Sequence record: OR496884.1
Direction: 5' to 3' (one strand)
DNA length: 64,000 nucleotides
Positions 49,355-57,550 of the stretch are shown here, one piece after another. The notes beneath the pieces are model-generated. The model was given only the letters and a program-made list of their open reading frames with translations, was not told the DNA's origin and made no database searches. Position 1 is the first letter of the stretch. Each line of letters opens with the position of its first letter. Position numbers and translations under genes: made by a program.

Positions 49355-50179
49355 TTAATCTTCAAATGGATTAATAGTCGCAGTTACTTTTTCTTCGGTG
49401 GATGGTGTTTGTTGCGGTTCTAACAAATTACCTGTCCAGTCAAAATTAAATTGGTGATCGGTAATCTCTAAAACAAATGCTTTATCACTATTGGTTACTG
49501 TATTTTCAGTATTCCAAGTAAAGAGGATCTTCTCTACTTTTTTGATAATGTCACCATCAGGATCGATAGGTTGATTTGCGAATTTAAAGTTATCGCGAAT
49601 ATAAATAACTTGTTGCAGTGTTTTAGGATCAACGTTGTGTTTACGATAATACCATAGAGGGATCATTCCGGTAATGGTGTTATCCGTCTCGTCATTTTCG
49701 GTGATTGATTTAACCTGAAGTGCAAATTGTTTTACCAATTCATCACGTTCTTGTTCTTGAGCATGGTTAGCGTGGGACGCATAGGACCCACAGAAGTTTA
49801 GCTGTTCGGTCCCTTGCTGAGAAAGTCCCATGTCAGTGAATTTGCGAATCAACAAAACAGGTTCTTTTTGTTCATTGATTACAATAACACCTTTGGTAAA
49901 ACCGTCGGTCAGAACACTCCATTCTTCCATATTGAAGTAGTTTTTGTCACCAACCTGATGGATAGCGAATTGGACCAACCAGTTATTAACAAAATAATCT
50001 TCTTCCATGAGAACATGTTCAACAAACAAACCATCTGGTGTTTGAATAACGCGTTGTCCGCCAACAGTGGCGTATTTAAATGATCCTGTCAAAAACTCGA
50101 TCAATTTACCATGATCCATTTGATCGATATTTTCCAACCCTTCTTGGTGCAGCGGTTCGACAATAATTTTCTCAGACAT
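49355..50179 (-). CDS. Conserved hypothetical protein
   Basis: 274-aa ORF. Confidence 0.7.
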   Translation of the reverse strand: MSEKIIVEPLHQEGLENIDQMDHGKLIEFLTGSFKYATVGGQRVIQTPDGLFVEHVLMEEDYFVNNWLVQFAIHQVGDKNYFNMEEWSVLTDGFTKGVIVINEQKEPVLLIRKFTDMGLSQQGTEQLNFCGSYASHANHAQEQERDELVKQFALQVKSITENDETDNTITGMIPLWYYRKHNVDPKTLQQVIYIRDNFKFANQPIDPDGDIIKKVEKILFTWNTENTVTNSDKAFVLEITDHQFNFDWTGNLLEPQQTPSTEEKVTATINPFED

Positions 50180-50624
50180 TACTTCTTCCTTCTCTTATTT
50201 TTTCAAAAGTCTTTCCATTCAATATTACTGAATGCGAAAGATCGTAATAAGTGTCTTTTTCTAATACCCGCCCACTAATAGCAAGTGTGAACATTTTCTT
50301 TCCCACTTCATAACCAGGTGCACGAGCTTTAACTTCTGCTGCGTCAAAACACTCTAATAAAAAACTTTGTAGGTTACTCTGGATCTCTTGCAGAAACCCA
50401 TCTATTTGTTTGTCATCTTGATGTTTAGCAACAACATATTGAAAACTTTGGATATTTCTAAAAATAATAGATTGATCTTTGCGGTTAGCAAACCAGTACG
50501 CTATTAACCTATCTATTTTTACAACAGGTTCATCAACCCATCCTAGCGTATCCATTGTTCCGACTATTCCAGCCATAACAACTCCAAAAAAAAAATAAAT
50601 AAGTGAAATAATCACCTGACCCAT
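50172..50624 (-). CDS. Conserved hypothetical protein (possibly gp25-like sheath initiator fold)
   Basis: True start probably ATG of MAGIVGT; fold guess from size and pattern only. Confidence 0.5.
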   Translation of the reverse strand: MGQVIISLIYFFFGVVMAGIVGTMDTLGWVDEPVVKIDRLIAYWFANRKDQSIIFRNIQSFQYVVAKHQDDKQIDGFLQEIQSNLQSFLLECFDAAEVKARAPGYEVGKKMFTLAISGRVLEKDTYYDLSHSVILNGKTFEKIREGRSNV

Positions 50625-50642
50625 TTGGGTCAGGTGTTTATT

Positions 50643-50780
50643 TTACGCTTCGTTAAAACGAGCCATAGGACGACGTTGTTTTTGCTTTTTGTTTTGTTTC
50701 CACTCTTTGTAGTAATGGAAAGCCAAAGAACCAAAAACAACCAGACCAATAGAACCAAAGAAAACGTTAGCAATTGTCAT
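50643..50780 (-). CDS. 45-aa single-TM membrane peptide (not in ORF track)
   Basis: AGGAAA RBS; MTIANVFFGSIGLVVFGSLAFHYYKEWKQNKKQKQRRPMARFNEA. Confidence 0.7.
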   Translation of the reverse strand: MTIANVFFGSIGLVVFGSLAFHYYKEWKQNKKQKQRRPMARFNEA

Positions 50781-50791
50781 GTTATTTCCTT

Positions 50792-51268
50792 TTATTTAAT
50801 TTTAAAAACATTACTGATACGCTCAAAATCCATCAGGATGTCTTTTAAAGATTCAGCGGATGGACACAGAAACGGGTCCAGACCATACGAAAAAACTTCT
50901 AGCAACTTGATATCAAGCCAGGGAATGAGCTGATCAATTGTGGTGTATGGTGGTTCGATGTGTCTTAAACATTTCCCACTATCGTATAACACCCAGGCTA
51001 CTGCGAGAACATCAGCTATTCCAATAATAACTTTTTTGCGGTCCTTATGACCTTGAGCAAAGTTTTTTGAATCAAGAACATTACAAAAATAGATCATTAC
51101 CGCGGAACTATAAACATCTAACTTCCGAGAGCGTTTTGCAACCAATTGATGACGCTGAGCCATTGCCAGTTCATCAGTCATGTTTAACTTAACCAGGGCG
51201 TTATTTCCGGTAATTACCGCTAGATTTTCAAAGAAAACAGCACCCGGGGTTTTATCAACGTTGGTCAT
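50792..51268 (-). CDS. Hypothetical protein behind early promoter motif
   Basis: 158 aa, AAGGAG RBS. Confidence 0.7.
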   Translation of the reverse strand: MTNVDKTPGAVFFENLAVITGNNALVKLNMTDELAMAQRHQLVAKRSRKLDVYSSAVMIYFCNVLDSKNFAQGHKDRKKVIIGIADVLAVAWVLYDSGKCLRHIEPPYTTIDQLIPWLDIKLLEVFSYGLDPFLCPSAESLKDILMDFERISNVFKIK

Positions 51269-51316
51269 TTCTCTCTCCTTACTAAATTGGTTAGAACATT
51301 GTTGTTCTTTACACTT

Positions 51317-51331
51317 TAGTAATATAGGTTT
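51317..51331 (-). promoter_or_regulatory. Putative early promoter motif
   Basis: Minus strand AAACCTATATTACTA, containing the TATATTAC early motif described for phiKZ. Confidence 0.7.
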
Positions 51332-51346
51332 GAAATGTAATGGGTA

Positions 51347-51826
51347 TTAAACCTTACATTTATTCCATGTCTCTCGACATAGTTTAATTGTTTTAGGGAA
51401 CAGATCTTTTTCCCACATCTTATTAAGAATCCGATAACCTATTTCGGTTGATGATCCGTAGTTAAGAGAAATGTGTAATTTTAATTCTGGGAAACTGTGT
51501 TCAAATCCAAGCTCTTGAAGTTCTTTAAAACGTCGCTGTATCGCATCAGATTCAAGAACTAATGCCAATGCGTAGTAATTCCCATTTGGATTACCCATTT
51601 TCTCAAAACCGATTACATTGGCAGTATAGACGGTATTATTAATTCCAGGATCAATCTCAGGATCACGTTTGTCATACATCAATGTCGCATGTATTTCATT
51701 TCCTGAAAGATTAACCATTTCCCATTTTTCTTCTTCCGGGAATTCATTAAGGAATTTGCTAACAGCAACATAAATATCAGAAATTGATTTAACGTCAACA
51801 CACAGTGACGAGTACCCCATTCCCAT
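51347..51826 (-). CDS. 2H phosphoesterase, Acb1 (T4 57B)-like
   Basis: Two HxT/S motifs (IHATLMY, LHISLNY), second preceded by GFEHSFPE; ~159 aa. Confidence 0.75.
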   Translation of the reverse strand: MGMGYSSLCVDVKSISDIYVAVSKFLNEFPEEEKWEMVNLSGNEIHATLMYDKRDPEIDPGINNTVYTANVIGFEKMGNPNGNYYALALVLESDAIQRRFKELQELGFEHSFPELKLHISLNYGSSTEIGYRILNKMWEKDLFPKTIKLCRETWNKCKV

Positions 51827-52158
51827 TATGCTTTCTCCGTATCGTATACGTTTCTTTCTTTGCGGTCTTCTATTCTAGTGTTTAATGCAAAGAGTGCTGA
51901 CTTCAAACCATCCAAAGCAATATCATTGTGCTGACATTTAAATTGGTTTTGATTGAATTTATCTAATCGATAAATACACATCGCAATGACAGCTTCCAAT
52001 GTAACGCCGTTGACACCAATTACCGGAGAACCATTTTGAAAACATATTTTACCCAATTCATTTTGTTGATTATCTAAAGCAACAAAATCGTTAATTGTCC
52101 CAGAGCGAATAATTGTACATATATCATCAGTGTGGATAATTTCAGTTGTCAATTCCAT
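51826..52158 (-). CDS. Tad1-like nucleotide-signal sponge protein
   Basis: FQNG...GVNG...E......RL..F....F.C..N..AL....A...L..RIEDRKERNV pattern; ORF-track start 52206 lies in a hairpin, ATG 52158 preferred. Confidence 0.65.
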   Translation of the reverse strand: MELTTEIIHTDDICTIIRSGTINDFVALDNQQNELGKICFQNGSPVIGVNGVTLEAVIAMCIYRLDKFNQNQFKCQHNDIALDGLKSALFALNTRIEDRKERNVYDTEKA

Positions 52159-52191
52159 TTTAAAATCCAAATAAAAAATAGTTGTAAGTAA

Positions 52192-52220
52192 AGAGGTAAC
52201 TACCAATGGTAGTTACCTCT
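52192..52220. terminator. Hairpin after 52226-52900
   Basis: 13-bp stem agaggtaactacc/ggtagttacctct. Confidence 0.7.
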
Positions 52221-52225
52221 CGCTA

Positions 52226-52900
52226 TTAATCCCCGCTTTCAGCTTCTTCTAATGCTTTTCTTCGTTGTTCCAATACTTCTAGAGCTTCCTCGTTGTTTAG
52301 ACGATTTTCACCCATGATGTTAGTTGGATCAAACAGTTCATTTGCAAGATGCAAATTAGAAGCTTGCCACGTTCTAAAAATATCAATCCTTTCTTTAACA
52401 GAAAGTCTAACAAAGTCATCACGATTAGTTAGGTATTGTGTCCGTTCAATAATCCCGTCATCGTTCAGACGATTAAGTCCATCTACTGCTTTGTTATAAA
52501 AATAGTTATCACGACCAAGTCCAGTACAGTAACTAGAAAACTCGTCATCATAACCACTAATATGACCGGTCTCATAAAGTCCCATCATCATGGGGTTGGC
52601 CATAATGTAGTTTCTCATGAACCCAACAGCTTGTTGTTGATATTTCAGATCACTGAGATACCCGATTTCAAAACGACCTACGTAGTAGCCGTCTTTACCA
52701 ACTCGGTTAGAAAATTCCCACATACGAGAGTTCATGAATTTCTCGTGAGACTTCTTAACACTATCAATAGCACCTGATAGCCAACCTGTCAGATTACTAA
52801 ACTGGTTATAAATTCCCCCCATGTAACTATTGTAAGAAGCGGCAGCGTTTTCTGACATAGCGCCACCACAACCATACATAAAAGCGCTGGTTGCATTCAC
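52226..52900 (-). CDS. Conserved core protein following nvRNAP beta-prime (phiKZ gp59/Imp3 position, tentative)
   Basis: 224 aa, GTG start 4 nt after the exon-3 stop; synteny only. Confidence 0.5.
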   Translation of the reverse strand: MNATSAFMYGCGGAMSENAAASYNSYMGGIYNQFSNLTGWLSGAIDSVKKSHEKFMNSRMWEFSNRVGKDGYYVGRFEIGYLSDLKYQQQAVGFMRNYIMANPMMMGLYETGHISGYDDEFSSYCTGLGRDNYFYNKAVDGLNRLNDDGIIERTQYLTNRDDFVRLSVKERIDIFRTWQASNLHLANELFDPTNIMGENRLNNEEALEVLEQRRKALEEAESGD

Positions 52901-52903
52901 TTA

Positions 52904-55187
52904 CTAATCCTCTTGTATGGGTTCATCCAATAACAATGCGTTGTAATTCAATAAATTTGTTTTTGTTGCTGTTGCAAAACGACTTGTCTTAAACAGGCGG
53001 TTTGGATCCAACATTTGATGATGGCCAAAAGAACTATACGCCTGAATTCGACTAATCAGATCTGGCAACATAATGCAATACATTTGGTCCTAACACATTG
53101 TAACGCTTCACAGCGGCTTTAGTTGTTCGCTAAACAACATTCCGATACTTTCATACCGGTTGAGATCATATCTTCAAAACTACATCCTTGTAGTTTGCCT
53201 ACCGTTAACCCAAGCTTTTGGGTACATGATCGTTGAACACATCGTAGATTTATATCTAGGACTTCGTTGCTGATTGCCCATTATAATTTCTAACCCTTAG
53301 CACCCAATCTTCCAAGACTAGGTTATTAAGCATAGGTCATTTCTTTGTTTCTTTCTACCTTTCGGTAACATTCACGCTCACCCTCTCAGGTCACGTTGTA
53401 GTACAAAGAACTTTAGGGGTTTCCAGCAGTTAGATAGGTTTAACGACGGCAACCAAATTTTACCGTCAAAGTCTGCCATATACATTGTCCACTTAAGTGG
53501 TTTTCACCGATTGCGCTAATTCGGCATTCCGATAGTCTCCTACCGGTTGAGAGTACATCTTTCAGGTTCTAACAAAAGTTAGCCCGTCCCCACGTTCGGA
53601 TCGCGACATGATCCACTTACTCGTTGAGCACACTTCCTATCCATTCTCACGAATGTACTTAGAAGCTTCGCTGCTGATTGACTCTATTCAATTCTTTTTA
53701 AACCACACCATATACCGTTTCCAGTTCCGTTTTGGTGAATTGACCTAACAAGTTCGTTCCAGCAATTAGAGGGGTTTTACTTCGGCACAGAGTCTACCGA
53801 ATTCTTTTACAACTGTTATTGGAATACGGATTGATTTATCTTCAACGTCCCTATTAAACTTCAAAAAGAACGTTCGAGCTGAAAGATATTGGATAGAAGG
53901 ATTTCGACCAGCGATCGCCATTGCATACTGGTTTGTCTCTATCCAATCAAAGAACTCCTCAATTACTGGATGACGGTAATTGGCAGCGCTCCGAATGATT
54001 TCTTTTGCTTTTAATGGACTATAACCTTTTACTCGGTACAACCAGTTTGACAAATGTTTATCATAACACGTTATACCGTACAGCCAAGGCACTACAATTG
54101 TATCAGATCGACAAACACCAGATTCACCAGTAATGATAGAACGACCCGTCATAGGAAGTTTACCAGCACCAGCATGATAACGGATCATTCCTTTCTTCTT
54201 AAACACCACCGCTTCCATCACCTTATACATCACGGCTCGGAGTTTGGTAAAATGTTTACCCATTAATGTTCCGTTTTCTTCCGAACGAATGTCGTAAGCA
54301 GGAAACATATCAGCAATGGTAAAAAAGAATTTATCCAGGTCTGTCTTTTCTTTATTGATGTAACGATCACGTTGGTCGCTTTCAATAATGGTCGTTATTT
54401 TATTTGGTATTGGGAAATATTGAGAAACAGCAAGATGTTTAAACTTGTTCCAGAATCGGGAATAATGTTCCCTGGAACGCTCGTCTACATCTAGAATACC
54501 ACAAAGATCTTGGTTAACAGATGCATCAATAATTAAATCGATGTTTTCAATAAATTCGTTATAACCAAATTCAAGACCTAGTGTATCTCTAAACGCTTCT
54601 ATTTTACATGCTATTTTAAACGCCGTGTTGGTAGGATCTCTAAACCGTTTTTCTTTTCTAAGATCACTGTTAATCCAATATTCCACCAGATTAACTTTTG
54701 GTGTTTTGGTATTTAAGTTATCAAAGAAAACTTTACATATAGATGGATTAAGAAACCCTGCTACTTTATCAGGTGTTTTTAGCCATACTTTTGTTTCTAT
54801 TTTATCAACTAATGGCTTAGTGACAGAGTGTCCGCAATCTTCACAAACAACATTCATATCCAAATAAATGTTGGATCGATACTTTTTACATTCGCATGAT
54901 GCTACTGTATCAAAACAGTTTCCTTCATACTCCGTTCTAAGCAAGCTGATAATACGGTCTCGATCTTCTTCCTTATTAAAATCGAAATCGTTTAAATAAA
55001 TAGGTGTGTTGACAGAACAATTGTGTCTGGCATCATAGTCATCAAAATCCGGATACAAAGCTTTATAAAAACTTTGATCGTCCTTTGGAATTTTAAAACC
55101 AGTTTCTTTAATGATTTTATTAAAGATAGCCGACGGCAACAGGTTTTCTACTTCGTAAGGTTTTAAGATTTCCGCTAAAGTAGGCAC
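52904..55187 (-). CDS. nvRNAP catalytic beta-prime N-terminal subunit (phiKZ gp55-like), spliced join(55187..53796, 53476..53462, 53089..52904), 530 aa
   Basis: Zn site CECKK...CEDCG, RNPSI; splicing restores KEFG-ADFDG-DQMYC with the DFDGD Mg-binding motif. Confidence 0.93.
53090..53461 (-). mobile_element. Group I intron 2 (372 nt, IA-like, no ORF)
   Basis: Exon GACGGU pairs IGS GCCGUC with U-G at the splice site; P10 GACCAAAU/AUUUGGUU; P AACUGCUGGAAA, Q AAUCAGCAAC, P7 GAUCA/UGAUC; ends in G. Confidence 0.93.
53462..53476 (-). other. 15-nt micro-exon GCAGACTTTGACGGT encoding ADFDG
   Basis: Reads in frame between two group I introns and completes the RNAP active-site motif. Confidence 0.93.
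53477..53795 (-). mobile_element. Group I intron 1 (319 nt, IA-like, no ORF)
   Basis: Exon UUCGGU pairs IGS GCCGAA with U-G at the splice site; P10 GCAGA/UCUGU; P AAUUGCUGGAA, Q AAUCAGCAGC, P7 GAGUA/UACUC; ends in G. Confidence 0.93.
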
Positions 55188-55228
55188 ATTACACTCCTGT
55201 GTTGCTAATACTCTTTACTCTCTCATAA

Positions 55229-55243
55229 TAATGATATCTAGTT
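55229..55243 (-). promoter_or_regulatory. Putative early promoter motif (variant) upstream of nvRNAP beta-prime
   Basis: Minus strand AACTAGATATCATTA. Confidence 0.5.
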
Positions 55244-55270
55244 AAAAATAAAATAGAAAACATAAAAACA

Positions 55271-55298
55271 CAGAGGGTGGGTTTTACCCCACCCTCTG
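55271..55298. terminator. Terminator after chimallin
   Basis: 11-bp stem cagagggtggg/cccaccctctg followed by U-rich run on minus strand. Confidence 0.8.
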
Positions 55299-55316
55299 CA
55301 TAATTACATTTTGATA

Positions 55317-57305
55317 TTACAGAGTAGTAAACAGACCAGACAGACCCAGAGCACTGTTCTGGTTCTGAGGAGCCAAAGTAGCAGTCATCATCATGTTCAG
55401 GATTTCGTTATCTACCTGGTGAGTCCACTGACCGTTGTAGTTAGAAGCAGATACTGCAACAGTACCGGCAGCAACCATTGCTTGAGCCATGGTAGACGCA
55501 AAAGCATTGGATACGATCAGACGCAGATCCCAACCTTCAATACGAGCAGTGTTGTTGGTCAGTGCTTGCAGACGGCTGATGATGTTGAACTGACGGACAC
55601 GAACGTCCAGGTTACCGGTACCTTGAATCAGAGCCATGAACTCAGCAATTGCTTGTTCGTTCTGACCGTAGTATTCCGGCTGACGCAGCCACATGGCATC
55701 GATCTCGCCCAGATCAAACAGTTTACCATCTTTACCAAAACCAGTACCGTGCGGGCGCAGTACTTTGGTTTGGTGAACAATTGCGTCACCAACTTTCCAC
55801 TGCTTGTTAACGTCACGACCGTTTTCATTACCATTCAGAGTCGCCAGTTCACTGAACTTGCCTTTGGACAGCGCGTTCATACCAGCAATCACTGCGCGGT
55901 AGTAAGGGGAAGTAACGTCTTTGCTTGCTACGCCAAACCAGAATTCAGAAATAGCACTGTTTTCCAGGTTCGGTGCAATGTCAATCACATAGACAGGGTT
56001 GGTGGAGACGTACTTTTGGATCCAGCTGCTGACAACAGCGATGTTCATGATGTTTTTATCAGTCAGGAACTCGTTAGCAACATAGACACCTGGGAGCATA
56101 GCAGCCAGAGTGTTGTTGAACACACTCAGGTTACCACGGTATCCAACTTCTTTACCACGGTAGGCTTCTGCTAGGGTTGCTTGACCGTTTGCACACAGCG
56201 CTGCGTACAGACCCATGATAGAAGCGATCGGGCTGGCGTTATGGTTCAGGGTTTCACCAGGGAAAGAAGTCCCGATAGAAACAACTGGTACCAGCGGACC
56301 TACACCACCTTGACCAGGACGAGCAACACGTGCTTGTTGGAATTGACCAGGAGACATCATTTCCAGCTGAACGTTCAGGTTGGTAGTGATGATGGACTTG
56401 CTGTTGTTGTTCTGGCTGTAACCACCTTGGTTTTTGTTGGTAGATGCCAGTTTAACACTCAGGTTGTACGGAGTAGGGACACCGTTATGAACATGACGGC
56501 TCATTGCTTCGATACGAGCCAGAGCGGCATCGTGTTCACCAAACAGTTTACCGTCTTTTGCCGGAGAAGGCAGAGTAACGTTATTCTTGACGCCCAGCAG
56601 GATACCCAGAGACAGCAGACCCAGGTTCCAGTCATCCATCATGCGGTTAACAACGGCACGAATCAGATCACCTTCTTTGACGTCGTTTTTGATGTAACGT
56701 TCCAGGTTGATAACGTTCTGGGACATGACATACACTTCATCCATTTTGTTGCCTTCAACAACACTGAATGCTTGCTTGACACGAGTCAGCAGATCTTTGG
56801 TCATGAAGCTGTTCGGAACTTTGGCAAACCCACGCGGAGCTTCGTTTTGCAGTTGAACAGTATCGGTTGCATCAGTAACACCGTCTTTGAAGAACAGTAC
56901 CGGCATAACGAAAACAACTTTGTTGATGACAGTATAAACAGCAACACCAGGAAGTTGCGGAGAGATCTCAGTAGACAGAGTCTGAACAGCTTTAGGCAGA
57001 GTTGCCTTTTGTGCTTCTGCCGCGGTATTCATGCGCAGAGTTTTGGTACGCTCGTCCAGTTCTTTGATAACCAGATCCAGCTCAGAGATTTGATGTTGGC
57101 TGGCGACGATGTTGTGCATACCCAGGAGAGTGGTCAGTGCATTTACGGAGGTGGACATAGTTACATTTCCTTGTTGGTTAGAAGATGAATCTTGCTGTTG
57201 GGGTTGAGATTGAAAAGGAGTATCTTGCGGTTGCTGACCAAAAGAGGTGTCAGCGCCAAGTTGATGACCAGATTGCGACTCTGGTGCGTCATCAGTATGA
57301 ATCAT
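55317..57305 (-). CDS. chmA: Chimallin, major phage nuclear shell protein (phiKZ gp54-like)
   Basis: 662 aa, Q/S-rich N-terminus, strong high-expression codon bias, directly upstream of nvRNAP beta-prime; HGTGFGKDGKLFDLGEIDAMW resembles the recalled ChmA G.W.D..G...D....D..W segment. Confidence 0.88.
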   Translation of the reverse strand: MIHTDDAPESQSGHQLGADTSFGQQPQDTPFQSQPQQQDSSSNQQGNVTMSTSVNALTTLLGMHNIVASQHQISELDLVIKELDERTKTLRMNTAAEAQKATLPKAVQTLSTEISPQLPGVAVYTVINKVVFVMPVLFFKDGVTDATDTVQLQNEAPRGFAKVPNSFMTKDLLTRVKQAFSVVEGNKMDEVYVMSQNVINLERYIKNDVKEGDLIRAVVNRMMDDWNLGLLSLGILLGVKNNVTLPSPAKDGKLFGEHDAALARIEAMSRHVHNGVPTPYNLSVKLASTNKNQGGYSQNNNSKSIITTNLNVQLEMMSPGQFQQARVARPGQGGVGPLVPVVSIGTSFPGETLNHNASPIASIMGLYAALCANGQATLAEAYRGKEVGYRGNLSVFNNTLAAMLPGVYVANEFLTDKNIMNIAVVSSWIQKYVSTNPVYVIDIAPNLENSAISEFWFGVASKDVTSPYYRAVIAGMNALSKGKFSELATLNGNENGRDVNKQWKVGDAIVHQTKVLRPHGTGFGKDGKLFDLGEIDAMWLRQPEYYGQNEQAIAEFMALIQGTGNLDVRVRQFNIISRLQALTNNTARIEGWDLRLIVSNAFASTMAQAMVAAGTVAVSASNYNGQWTHQVDNEILNMMMTATLAPQNQNSALGLSGLFTTL

Positions 57306-57383
57306 GACTTTTTATTCCTTAGCTAAGAATAGTGATTATTGTTGAGAATAAAAGAAATTAAATATCCAACTCCCTTTACACTC

Positions 57384-57398
57384 TAGTAATATCGGTTT
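57384..57398 (-). promoter_or_regulatory. Putative early promoter motif upstream of chimallin
   Basis: Minus strand AAACCGATATTACTA. Confidence 0.7.
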
Positions 57399-57550
57399 CA
57401 AAAATTATAGACTTAACTTTTTTAACCGGAATCGTTTGGATAAAATTACAATAGACGTACATCTACCGCATTCTAACTAATCCGTAGATTAGTTAGTTGT
57501 TTACATATAATAGTAAATTAGGTAGAAAAATAATTTACAAGGATTTAACA

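Noticed and set aside
50586-50595. A10 homopolymers (also near 60808) as phase-variation tracts
   Set aside because: They appear to lie upstream of the likely starts; the one at 60808 is the U-tail of a terminator
50625-50933. 102-aa plus-strand ORF
   Set aside because: Antisense to two minus-strand genes with good RBSs (50643-50780 and 50792-51268)
51826-52158. Acb2 assignment for the small sponge-like protein
   Set aside because: The FQ.G..GV.G and R.EDR.ERNV pattern fits Tad1 rather than the Acb2/Vs.4 family
53766-55187. 473-aa ORF as a truncated or pseudogenised RNAP subunit
   Set aside because: The missing DFDGD and C-terminus are present as in-frame exons behind two group I introns
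55311-57188. 287-aa and 335-aa plus-strand ORFs
   Set aside because: Antisense shadows of highly biased chmA
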